Below, in pieces: positions 50,795-61,058 of a stretch of 63,701 bases of DNA. This DNA comes from Candidatus Planktophila sp. Lineage in GTDB: Bacteria; Actinomycetota; Actinomycetes; Nanopelagicales; Nanopelagicaceae. The stretch lies in the NCBI GenBank assembly GCA_964201645.1, contig CAXNEB010000001.1, positions 1 through 63,701 on the forward strand, written 5' to 3'. Position 1 is the first letter of the stretch. Every line of letters starts with the position of its first letter. A program made the position numbers and the translations under genes. Under the pieces are notes generated by a model. The model was not told the DNA's origin and searched no databases. It saw nothing but the letters and a program-made list of their open reading frames with translations.

Positions 50795-51799
50795 ATGGCA
50801 GGCATTAAGGAAGTCGCGGCAGAAGCTGGAGTTTCAACTGCAACAGTTTCGCGCGCACTTCGAGGTCTCGAACATGTAAATCCGCAAACGCGAGCCAAAA
50901 TTGAGGCCGCTGCTGCGAAATTGAATTACTCATTAACCGGTGACGGCGATCGGATCCGACCTGGTCGCACCAACAGCGTCGGCGTAGTGGCTCCATATAT
51001 TTCGCGTTGGTATTTTGCCCAAGTTATCAATGGCGCCGAACAAGCGCTTCGTGAAGCTGGCCTAGATCTTCTGCTTTATAACTTTAGCCAGATGAAAGGG
51101 CGCGAACGGTTATTCCAGCATCAATTGCTAAAGGGACGTGTTGATGCGCTAATCGTGATTAGTTTGCCGCCAACCGAAGAAGAATTTGCCTCAATGTTGA
51201 GTTTGGGAATTCCAATTGCGCTGGTTGGCATGGCGCATAAAGATTGCGCCAGTATCAAAATTGACGATGTAGCCGGTGCTCGCACCGCAACCCAACACTT
51301 AGTTAATCAAGGGCACAAACAGATTGGTTTAATGTCTGGTCGCCCCGATGACCCATTTAATTTTTCAGTGCCACAAGATCGTCGTCGTGGCTTCTTGCAA
51401 GTACTAGCCGAGAATGGTTTGGAATGGATACCTTCGCGCGAAGTTCATGGTGACTTCACCATGAATACTGCCTCACGCGCTATGGATGATTTATTAGCCA
51501 GACCAAATCGACCAACTGCTATTTTCTGCGAGTCCGATGAAATGGCATTCGGTGCAATGCAAGCTGCCCGACGTCACGGCTTAAGTGTCCCTGATGACAT
51601 TTCGATTATTGGTTTTGATGGTCATGAGATGGCGGAATATTCTGACTTAACCACGATCGAGCAACCAGTGCAGTTAATGGGCGAGATGGCTGCTTGGTCA
51701 ATCATGGAACGCTTACGTAAACCAACGGCTGAAGTGCCTTCGCTAGTTCTACCAACTACGCTAGTGGTACGTAATTCTACAAAACGACTTGAGGCCTAA
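50795..51799 (+). CDS. LacI family transcriptional regulator (MalR/AglR-like)
   Basis: IKEVAAEAGVSTATVSRAL HTH, TAIFCESDEMA, PDDISIIGFD, LTTIEQP. Confidence 0.93.
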   Translation: MAGIKEVAAEAGVSTATVSRALRGLEHVNPQTRAKIEAAAAKLNYSLTGDGDRIRPGRTNSVGVVAPYISRWYFAQVINGAEQALREAGLDLLLYNFSQMKGRERLFQHQLLKGRVDALIVISLPPTEEEFASMLSLGIPIALVGMAHKDCASIKIDDVAGARTATQHLVNQGHKQIGLMSGRPDDPFNFSVPQDRRRGFLQVLAENGLEWIPSREVHGDFTMNTASRAMDDLLARPNRPTAIFCESDEMAFGAMQAARRHGLSVPDDISIIGFDGHEMAEYSDLTTIEQPVQLMGEMAAWSIMERLRKPTAEVPSLVLPTTLVVRNSTKRLEA

Positions 51800-51801
51800 G
51801 C

Positions 51802-53328
51802 ATGACCACAGTTACTAAAGATGTTGTGATCATTGGCGGTGGCCACAACGGTTTAGTAGCGGCAACTTACTTAGCGAAAGCGGGTAAATCAGTAGTTATT
51901 CTCGAAGCAAATGATGAAATCGGTGGCGCGACAGCTAGCGTCAGAGCTTTCCCAGAATTTGATGCGCACTTGTCACGCTATTCGTATTTAGTGGCGTTAT
52001 TACCTGATCAAATTGTTAGCGACTTAGGACTTAATTTTGTAACCGTTCCTCGCACAGTTTCGTCATACACCCCTGATTTAAATGGTGCTGGGCTTTATAT
52101 TTCACGCCAATGGGATCAAGCCACTGCTGATTCATTCGCCTCGATTCCAGATGGTGTTGAAGATGCAGTAGCTTGGCAGCAGTTCTATGGTGAAGTAGCA
52201 ATGTTCGCCGAACGTATTGCGCCATACATGTTGCAACCTTTGAAAAGTCGCAGCGAACTAAAGGCAGCAATTGATTTGCCAGATATCTGGGATTATTTAA
52301 TTGAAACGCCAATTGGCCAGATCATTAGCACTCGATTCAAAAGTGATCTGGTTAAAGGGGTTGTCTTAACCGATGCCTTAATTGGTACTCACGCATCGGC
52401 CGATGACTTGCTAGCAAATATCTGTTTTCTCTATCACTTGATTGGAAACGGCACCGGCGAATGGAAAGTTCCGAAAGGCGGAATGGGCGCACTAGTTATA
52501 GAACTAGAGCGGGTTGCTCGCGCAGCTGGTGTGGAGATCCGAACAAATTCCAAAGTCACCGCTATTTCCAGTAACTCAGATTCGGTTACCGCAACTGTTG
52601 CTAATGGTGACCAATTTGTAGCCAGTCATCTACTAGCTAATGCAGCACCACAAGTACTTGCAGAGCTTCGCAACAAACCTAAACCGGCAAGTCTGTCAGG
52701 TGCGCAATTTAAAGTTAATATGTTGCTAAAGAAAATGCCTAGATTAAAAAGTGGCATTTCACCTGAGTTAGCCTTTGCCGGAACTTTCCATATCAGCGAG
52801 AAATTTTCTCAACTCGAAACTTCGTATCAAGAGAGTAAAGCGGGCAAGTTACCTTCATGTTTCCCATCTGAAATGTATTGCCACACTCTGTCTGACCCCT
52901 CAATTTTGAGCCCTGAGTTACAAGCAGCTGGCTATCAAACTCTGACTCTTTTTGGCTTGCACACACCAGCTGAACTTTTCGATGCCAATAATGAGGCCAC
53001 CAGGGCTACTGCTTTGGCAGGTTTCATCGCTGAACTAGATAAGTATCTAGTCGACCCAGTCTCTGAAATTATTGCGCGCAATAGCGATGGCTCTCCTTGT
53101 ATCGAAGCCAAGAGCCCGTTGGATTTAGAAGAAGCAATCTCATTGCCCCGTGGAAATATCTTCCATAGCGATCTAACTTTCCCATTCCGCGAAGATGGCG
53201 ATACTCGGCGCTGGGGCGTCGAGACCGATGATCCGCGAATCTTTATTTGTGGCGCAGGTGCGCAACGTGGCGGGGGAGTGAGCGGAATCCCTGGTCATAA
53301 TGCGGCAATGGCCGTTCTTGGAAAGTAA
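51802..53328 (+). CDS. FAD-dependent oxidoreductase, phytoene-dehydrogenase-like superfamily
   Basis: IGGGHNGLVAA.YLA, SRYSYLV, GGMGAL, GNIFH, GGGVSGIPGHNAA. Confidence 0.85.
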   Translation: MTTVTKDVVIIGGGHNGLVAATYLAKAGKSVVILEANDEIGGATASVRAFPEFDAHLSRYSYLVALLPDQIVSDLGLNFVTVPRTVSSYTPDLNGAGLYISRQWDQATADSFASIPDGVEDAVAWQQFYGEVAMFAERIAPYMLQPLKSRSELKAAIDLPDIWDYLIETPIGQIISTRFKSDLVKGVVLTDALIGTHASADDLLANICFLYHLIGNGTGEWKVPKGGMGALVIELERVARAAGVEIRTNSKVTAISSNSDSVTATVANGDQFVASHLLANAAPQVLAELRNKPKPASLSGAQFKVNMLLKKMPRLKSGISPELAFAGTFHISEKFSQLETSYQESKAGKLPSCFPSEMYCHTLSDPSILSPELQAAGYQTLTLFGLHTPAELFDANNEATRATALAGFIAELDKYLVDPVSEIIARNSDGSPCIEAKSPLDLEEAISLPRGNIFHSDLTFPFREDGDTRRWGVETDDPRIFICGAGAQRGGGVSGIPGHNAAMAVLGK

Positions 53329-53349
53329 AAAAGTAATAGGCTTTCAGCT

Positions 53350-54417
53350 ATGAGTTCTGATAAAAAGTTAAAGCCAGAGACACTTGCAATAAGTGCGGGT
53401 CGGCCAGTTCCTGAGCCAGATGGCGAACTTAATACTCCGATTGCGCTGAACTCAACTTTTCATGCCGGTGGCCCAATTGGTTATGGTCGCTACGGAAATG
53501 AAACTTGGACATCGCTAGAAAGTGCAATCAGTGCACTTGAAGGTGGCGAGACTTTAGTTTTCGCTTCAGGCCAAGCTGCGGCAAGTGCGATTTTTAATTT
53601 ATTGCCAATCGGCGCACCTGTTGTTCTTTCCGATGAAGGTTATCAAGGCATTGCTGCGCTTCTAAAGGGTTATCACGAAAGTGGTCGACTTGAAGTTCGC
53701 TTTGTTGATGCCACAAATACGGCTGCCGTATTAGAGGCGGCAAAAAGCGCCGCACTTATTTGGCTGGAGAATCCCACAAATCCTGCGCTTGAAGTTGTTG
53801 ACTTAAAAGCAATTATTGAAGGAGCAAAGAAATTAGGCATTGGGGTTGCAGTCGATAACACTTTGGCCACACCATTAACGCAGAAGCCACTTGAATACGG
53901 CGCAGATTTTGTTATGCATTCTGTGACTAAATACTTTGCTGGGCACAGTGACATAATTTTGGGTTCAGTTTCCACCAATGATCCAGCTCTCCTAAAGCGC
54001 CTAGGCGATGTTCGTAAGTTAAGTGGCGCGATTCCCGGCCCCTTTGAAGTTTGGTTGGCACTTCGTGGAATTCGCACATTCCCGCTTCGCTTCAGAGCCG
54101 CTGAAGCCAACGCCAAAGAACTTGCAAAGCGCTTGGCCGGCCATGCCAAGGTGAGCAAAGTGCGTTACCCAGGCTTCGGCGGCATGATTTCATTTGAATT
54201 AACTTGCGATGCCGCTGGTACAGATCTAGTTACGCAGAGCTCAAAAGTAATTACCAACACAACAAGCCTCGGTGGCATTGAATCTATGTGGGAACGCCGC
54301 CGCCGTTGGGCAACTGAGAGCCACAAGATTTCAGAATCCTTGATCCGATTCTCAGTTGGCTGTGAAAATGTCGATGATTTGTGGGATGACATCATGGCTT
54401 CATTAGACAAAATTTAA
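53350..54417 (+). CDS. metB: cystathionine gamma-synthase / Cys-Met PLP enzyme
   Basis: YGRYGN, ENPTNP, VDNT, HSVTKY.AGHSD, TSLGG.ES, RFSVGCE. Confidence 0.82.
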   Translation: MSSDKKLKPETLAISAGRPVPEPDGELNTPIALNSTFHAGGPIGYGRYGNETWTSLESAISALEGGETLVFASGQAAASAIFNLLPIGAPVVLSDEGYQGIAALLKGYHESGRLEVRFVDATNTAAVLEAAKSAALIWLENPTNPALEVVDLKAIIEGAKKLGIGVAVDNTLATPLTQKPLEYGADFVMHSVTKYFAGHSDIILGSVSTNDPALLKRLGDVRKLSGAIPGPFEVWLALRGIRTFPLRFRAAEANAKELAKRLAGHAKVSKVRYPGFGGMISFELTCDAAGTDLVTQSSKVITNTTSLGGIESMWERRRRWATESHKISESLIRFSVGCENVDDLWDDIMASLDKI

Positions 54418-54439
54418 GTTATAGGAGTATTTTTGACTT

Positions 54440-54589
54440 ATGTTAAAAGCAATTAAGCGATTCGTCGGGGTAGTTGGCGTAGCTCTATTGGCTTTTCGTG
54501 CCATCGGCTCATTTCTCTCTTGGGTAGATAAGCAAGATGAGACGCAAGTTGATGCTTGGATCGATGAAGAAGAATTAGAAGAAGCTTAA
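54440..54589 (+). CDS. 49-aa single-pass membrane microprotein with acidic tail (absent from the ORF track)
   Basis: MLKAIKRFVGVVGVALLAFRAIGSFLSWVDKQDETQVDAWIDEEELEEA; TATTTT-N6-ATG; stop abuts the next start at 54590. Confidence 0.7.
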   Translation: MLKAIKRFVGVVGVALLAFRAIGSFLSWVDKQDETQVDAWIDEEELEEA

Positions 54590-54970
54590 TTGAGCCAGGA
54601 ATATATTCCGGGCAGCTGCAATATTGGCAAAGGCGAAATTCGCCGCCGCCAAGTTGTCGCACTAGCTGGCGCAGTAATCTCAGTGACATCGTTAGTTGGG
54701 CTAATTAGTACCGATGCCGCTCGAAGCGCTCGCTTTTCACTATTCATTCCACTAATGGTTTTTGCAATCGGATTTATTCAATCCCGTAAGAAATTTTGCT
54801 TAGCGTACGGATTTTTAGGAACCTTTAATTTTGGTTCGCTTGGTCAGATTTCGCGAGTTTCAGATCCAATTGCCAAGAAAGCAGATCGCAAGACTGCCCT
54901 AACAATTTTGGCAAAGTCAATCGCACTGGCACTAGGGCTAACGCTCACCACATTCGTATTACCGCTTTAG
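54590..54970 (+). CDS. conserved hypothetical membrane protein
   Basis: YIPGSCNIG..E..RR and Q.R.KFC.AYG Cys motifs, 3 TMs. Confidence 0.7.
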   Translation: MSQEYIPGSCNIGKGEIRRRQVVALAGAVISVTSLVGLISTDAARSARFSLFIPLMVFAIGFIQSRKKFCLAYGFLGTFNFGSLGQISRVSDPIAKKADRKTALTILAKSIALALGLTLTTFVLPL

Positions 54971-55008
54971 TACTTCCATTGCGCACTACTTAGTGCCACA
55001 GTAGAGAC

Positions 55009-55359
55009 ATGGAAATAATCATTCATTTGAGAAATGCCCAGGTTGCCGAAGATTTCAAAGGAATTGTCCATGAGAAACTTAAAGCGTTAACAAGATTTAA
55101 TGTAAAAATTGATCGCGTCGAAGTTGAAGTAATTGAAGAGAAAAACCCTAGCCAAGGCAAACACGATCACAAAGTAGTAATCACTTCACGTGGAGCAGGT
55201 CCGTTATTACGTGCCGAGGCTGCCGAATTTAATGGCGTAGCAGCATTCGATAAAGCTATTGCTAGCTTTGAACTACAAATCCGTAAAGCCCATGAGCGAG
55301 CTAAAGAGCACGGCCATGACACTTTGCGTGATCGCGCAGTAGATTTAAATAATCTCTGA
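55009..55359 (+). CDS. hpf: HPF/RaiA ribosome hibernation factor, short form
   Basis: MEI.I..RN..V...F...V.EKL, E.NP, GP.LRAEA, AAFD.A...E.QIRK. Confidence 0.78.
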   Translation: MEIIIHLRNAQVAEDFKGIVHEKLKALTRFNVKIDRVEVEVIEEKNPSQGKHDHKVVITSRGAGPLLRAEAAEFNGVAAFDKAIASFELQIRKAHERAKEHGHDTLRDRAVDLNNL

Positions 55360-56259
55360 GCCGTCTTTACGAGTAGCAGTAAGACTTGCTACGGCAGTTA
55401 TTAACAAGGTTCCGACAATCACGCCGAGACTGAACTCGATCGATACGTGAGGTACTTCAATGCCGGCAATCTCGTGAATTCCAATCCCGTGGAAAGCTTC
55501 AAAGAACATTTTAACACCGATAAATGCCAAGATAATTGAAAGACCTTTTGAGAGAAATACTAATCTCTTGAGCAGCCCTTGTAATAGGAAATAAAGCTGA
55601 CGCAGACCCATTAACGCAAAAATATTCGCAGTAACGACAATGTATGGATCTTTGGTAATTCCGAAAATAGCCGGAATTGAATCAAGTGCGAAAACCAAGT
55701 CAGTTACGCCAAGAGTCAGCAGCGCAATTGTAAAAGTTGAGGCACCCCTTGCCCGCAACATTTTCACGATCTTGCTGTCATCCGGGGTTACTTCATCATC
55801 TTCTTTTTCGATCAACAATCTATAAGCGGTGTAAATCAAGAAAGCACCAAAAATGAAGAAAGCACTGGAAAAACGAGTAATGATCGCAGTGCCGGCGGCG
55901 ATAAAGATGCCACGCAAAACTAACGCAATGATAATTCCTAGTAGAAGCACTAACTGTTGTTTGGTCTTATCAATTTGTAGGCGACTCAAAATAATTACAA
56001 AAACGAAAATATTGTCAACAGAAAGGGCGTACTCGGTAAGCCAGCCCGCGAAAAATTCCTTCTGAGCAGTTTCACCGGGAGTCCAGTTAGGCATGAAGTA
56101 ACCAAAGGCAATCGCAGCTGACACATAAACAACTGTCCAGATTGCAGCCTCACGCATGCTGGTCTCTTTATTTCGACGTAAGATTGCCAAAATTAAGTCG
56201 AACGCAATTACTGCTGCAAGAATGCCAATAGTTATTAGCCAAGTTGAAGTCGATTCCAT
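55345..56259 (-). CDS. TerC/Alx family membrane protein
   Basis: FFAGWLTEYALSVDNIFVF, LRGIFI, DLVFALDSIPAIFG, ALMGLRQLYF. Confidence 0.93.
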   Translation of the reverse strand: MESTSTWLITIGILAAVIAFDLILAILRRNKETSMREAAIWTVVYVSAAIAFGYFMPNWTPGETAQKEFFAGWLTEYALSVDNIFVFVIILSRLQIDKTKQQLVLLLGIIIALVLRGIFIAAGTAIITRFSSAFFIFGAFLIYTAYRLLIEKEDDEVTPDDSKIVKMLRARGASTFTIALLTLGVTDLVFALDSIPAIFGITKDPYIVVTANIFALMGLRQLYFLLQGLLKRLVFLSKGLSIILAFIGVKMFFEAFHGIGIHEIAGIEVPHVSIEFSLGVIVGTLLITAVASLTATRKDGSEII

Positions 56260-56279
56260 GGCGCAACCTTACAGATTAC

Positions 56280-57890
56280 TTAGAATTCCTCTAACGCCAG
56301 CCATACGGCGCGCCCGCTTTTGAGTTCCAACTCACCATTTTCACAGGTTTGTGCCCCGTCGGAGGCAAGAATTAATTCACTTGCTTTAAGTGCAACCGGT
56401 TTATCACCGGTATTTAGGTAAACCTGAATTCCGCCACGAGTAAAGCCCAGAACTCCCTGCTCGATTCTGCTGATATCCCAAGTTAGCTCATTGGTGTCTA
56501 GAAGTTTGGCTCGCTGGGAAAGTGCTCTCTTGTATAGCGATAGCGAACTTTCCTTATCGTTTATTTGAGATTCAACAGTTAAATTCTTCCAGGATGCCGG
56601 TAGTGGCAGCCATGGTTTTCCGGCCGAGAATCCAAACGGGCTTTCTTGCCCAGACCAAGGCATTGGCACTCGAGCGCCATCGCGACCTTTGGTCTCACCA
56701 TTGGTGCGAAGAAATGAGGGATCTTGACGATCGGAATCAGCTAAATCGGCATCGGGCAGACCTAGCTCTTGGCCATTGTAAACGTAACACGAGCCAGGTA
56801 GCGCGAATAGGAATAGCGCCAAAGCACGAGCTTCTTCAGTACCAAGTCGTGATGCAACACGAGGTGAATCATGATTACTAATTGCCCAAGTTGGATAAGC
56901 GCCAACATCTTTAAGCATCTCAATTGTGTTATCGATTAATCTGTACAAAGTTTTCGCTTCAAATGGTGCAATTAACAAATCAAAGTTAAAAATTTGATGC
57001 AGTTCATCGGAACGAACATAAGCAACTCCATTTACTGGGGGATGAACCCAGGCTTCGGCAACTGCCATGATTGGTTTATCGAATGAATCAAAGTGTTTAC
57101 GCCAATTGCGGTAAATTTCATGAACTCCAGGGCGATCAAAGAATGGAACCGAAGCGAGCAAAGCCTCACGCTTACTGATTTCCATATCAACATCAATCCG
57201 AAGCGCATCAGATAACCCCTTTGGGTCATGATGATCGTTAAGAAGATTTTCTTTCACTAAACCGTGTGCGACATCGATGCGGAAACCATCGGCGCCCATT
57301 TTTACCCAGAACGAAATGGTTTCTTTAAAATCCTGATCAACTTCGGGATTTTCCCAATTTAAATCAGGTTGTGAAGAATCAAAGAGATGAAGGTAGTACT
57401 GACCATCGGCAACTTGGGTCCAGGCCGGCCCACCAAAAAGTGAGATCCAGTTGTTTGGGGGAGTCCCATCAGCTTTTGCATCATGGAAATGAAAACGTGC
57501 TCTTTCCTTTGAGCCAGGGCCGGCGATTAGCGCAGTTTTAAACCATTCATGTTCAGCAGAAAAATGATTAGGCACAATATCGACCAGAACTTTTAAGCCA
57601 AGTTGGTGCGCTTTGTTAATCATTAACTTCGCGTCAGCTAAATTTCCAAAGCGCGGGTCAACATCGCGCGGATCTGCAACGTCATAGCCACCATCTTTAT
57701 TTGGCGAGGTATAAAACGGACTCAACCAAATTGCATCCACGCCCAGATCGGCCACATATTGAAGTTTTTGTGTGATGCCAGGCAAATCACCTTCGCCATC
57801 GCCATTGCTATCAAAAAATGAGCGAGGATAGATCTGATAAATAACGGCCTCTTGCCACCATTTTGCTTCGGCTGCACTGGGCGAGATCAT
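56280..57890 (-). CDS. GH13 alpha-glucosidase / oligo-1,6-glucosidase
   Basis: YQIYPRSF.DSNGDG.GDL, DIVPNH, GFRIDVAH, EAW, NHD, RDGARVPMPW. Confidence 0.92.
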   Translation of the reverse strand: MISPSAAEAKWWQEAVIYQIYPRSFFDSNGDGEGDLPGITQKLQYVADLGVDAIWLSPFYTSPNKDGGYDVADPRDVDPRFGNLADAKLMINKAHQLGLKVLVDIVPNHFSAEHEWFKTALIAGPGSKERARFHFHDAKADGTPPNNWISLFGGPAWTQVADGQYYLHLFDSSQPDLNWENPEVDQDFKETISFWVKMGADGFRIDVAHGLVKENLLNDHHDPKGLSDALRIDVDMEISKREALLASVPFFDRPGVHEIYRNWRKHFDSFDKPIMAVAEAWVHPPVNGVAYVRSDELHQIFNFDLLIAPFEAKTLYRLIDNTIEMLKDVGAYPTWAISNHDSPRVASRLGTEEARALALFLFALPGSCYVYNGQELGLPDADLADSDRQDPSFLRTNGETKGRDGARVPMPWSGQESPFGFSAGKPWLPLPASWKNLTVESQINDKESSLSLYKRALSQRAKLLDTNELTWDISRIEQGVLGFTRGGIQVYLNTGDKPVALKASELILASDGAQTCENGELELKSGRAVWLALEEF

Positions 57891-58009
57891 GAAGTAAACC
57901 TAACTTTTGGCCACTTCGCCATCAAAGTAAGGCGAAAATGTAACGCATGCGGTTAATCTCAGGTTCATAACGATTATTACAGACGAGTCGATCAATTCAC
58001 TTCAGTTAG

Positions 58010-59349
<1,340 letters not shown>

Positions 59350-59350
<1 letters not shown>

Positions 59351-59841
59351 TGACACGTACAAAGAAGGCCACTTTAATTTCGCTTTCAATTTTGTTAACT
59401 ATTTCAACACTTACCGGATGTGGAGCTAAATCAGTGTCAAACGAAGCAACAGCAACTAACCCAACAGTTTCAGGTGCAGCAGGCAGCAAGCCATTAATTG
59501 GCGCACCAGAGGGTGCAGCACCAACAACGCTAGTTACTAATGACATCATTGTCGGAACTGGCAAAGAGGCGGTTTCATCTTCAACTCTGACAGTTCATTA
59601 CACACTTATGGCTTGGTCAACTGGTCAAGTTGTTGAATCATCATGGGATGGTGGATCTCCTGCGACATTCCCATTATCTGGCGTGATCCAAGGTTGGCAG
59701 CAAGGTATTCCTGGAATGAAAGAAGGCGGACGTCGCTTACTAGTAATTCCTGCCGAACTTGGTTATGGCGCAGCCGGAGGTGGCCCAATCGGACCAAATG
59801 AAACTTTGATTTTTGTCGTAGACGTTATTTCAGTTTCTTAA
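59350..59841 (+). CDS. FKBP-type peptidyl-prolyl isomerase, lipoprotein
   Basis: lipobox LTGC; VHY, SSW, VIQGW..G..GM..GGRR.L.IP.ELGYG, TLIFVVD. Confidence 0.9.
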
Positions 59842-59846
59842 CTCAC

Positions 59847-60917
59847 TTAACCTTTAAAGGTGCGGCCGCGCTCTAGTGGCGCCGGCCAAGCAATCATTTG
59901 CTTAAGCTCTTCAGCTGCAGCCATTGCCCAGCGAGGATTTCTAATCATTGCGCGCGCAAGGAATACCGCATCAGCCTTATTTGAGTTAATGATTTCTTGC
60001 GCTTGATGCGGGTCAGTTATTGCACCAACTGCGGCAACAGCGATATCTGATTCAACTTTGATCGCTTGCGCAAACGGCACTTGGTAACCAGGCACTGGCT
60101 TGATTGGCGCGTTGTGTAAGTTGCCGCCAGATGAAACATCAATTAGATCAACGCCGATTTCCTTTAGCTGCTTACAAAGCTCAACTGAATCAATAATCTG
60201 CCAACCCTCATCGGTCCAGTCACTCGCCGAAATGCGAATGAATAGGGGAGTTGAATCTGGAATTGCCTTTCGTACAGCGGTGGCAACTTCAATCAAGAAT
60301 CGCACTCGATTCTCAAACGAGCCACCATATTCATCGGTACGTAGATTAGATAGCGGTGAATAAAACTGATGCAATAAGTAACCGTGGGCTGCATGAATTT
60401 CAATTACATCAAATCCTGCTTTGATTGCATTCTTGGCAGCATGAGCAAAATCTTTAACTAACTGATGTATCTGCGGCACAGTAAGGGCAAGTGGCTCGGG
60501 CATGCCGTGATAAGCCTGAGCTGAGGCGGAATGCGTAGTCCAACCACCTTCGGCAGGTGTTGCCATTAAATGATCATCGGTTGGTCGCATGGTTGAACCT
60601 TTGCGACCGGCATGTGCCAATTGAATTCCCATTGCTATGCCTTGGGTATGTGCAAAATCATTAATCTTTTTAAATGCCGTAATTTGTTCTTCGTTATAAA
60701 TTCCCGGACAACCAATTGAAATTCGACCTTCTGGAACAACGCCAGTTGCCTCTGCCATAACTAAGCCAGCTTCACCAGTTGCAAAAGCACCAAGGTGCGC
60801 CATATGCCAATCGCCCACTACGCCGTCAACGGCTGTGTACTGGCACATCGGGCTTACCCAGACGCGGTTTTTAATGGTTAAGCCACGAAGAGTGATGGGA
60901 TCAAATAGGTTGCTCAT
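59847..60917 (-). CDS. NADH:flavin oxidoreductase (Old Yellow Enzyme, YqjM/NamA-like)
   Basis: SPMCQY, QLAHAGRK, EIHAAHGYLLHQF.SPLSN.RTDEYGGSFENR, DVSSGG. Confidence 0.92.
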   Translation of the reverse strand: MSNLFDPITLRGLTIKNRVWVSPMCQYTAVDGVVGDWHMAHLGAFATGEAGLVMAEATGVVPEGRISIGCPGIYNEEQITAFKKINDFAHTQGIAMGIQLAHAGRKGSTMRPTDDHLMATPAEGGWTTHSASAQAYHGMPEPLALTVPQIHQLVKDFAHAAKNAIKAGFDVIEIHAAHGYLLHQFYSPLSNLRTDEYGGSFENRVRFLIEVATAVRKAIPDSTPLFIRISASDWTDEGWQIIDSVELCKQLKEIGVDLIDVSSGGNLHNAPIKPVPGYQVPFAQAIKVESDIAVAAVGAITDPHQAQEIINSNKADAVFLARAMIRNPRWAMAAAEELKQMIAWPAPLERGRTFKG

Positions 60918-61058
60918 AACTCCAGTTTAGACCCAATTGAAATCGAGATACCTGTTGCGCGGGATAACGATTCATAAATGGAACACACGTGCTAAAACTT
61001 AGAAATCAAGTATTCTCCAACTCTAGAAAGAAGCTGGAGGGCAGTCATCGAGAGTTCT

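Noticed and set aside
51802-53328. Carotenoid desaturase CrtI
   Set aside because: Motifs (GGGHNGL, SRYSYL, GNIFH) fit the broader phytoene-dehydrogenase-like oxidoreductases, and there are no crt neighbours.
57930-57985. LacI operator or ARG-box-like sequences between the GH13 gene and argG
   Set aside because: Only partial, non-palindromic matches (TGTAACGCATGCG; TTCATAACGATT).
60979-60994. LexA/SOS box (TGGAACACACGTGCTA) upstream of fbiC
   Set aside because: Three mismatches to TCGAAC-N4-GTTCGA, including the GTTC core; not distinguishable from chance.
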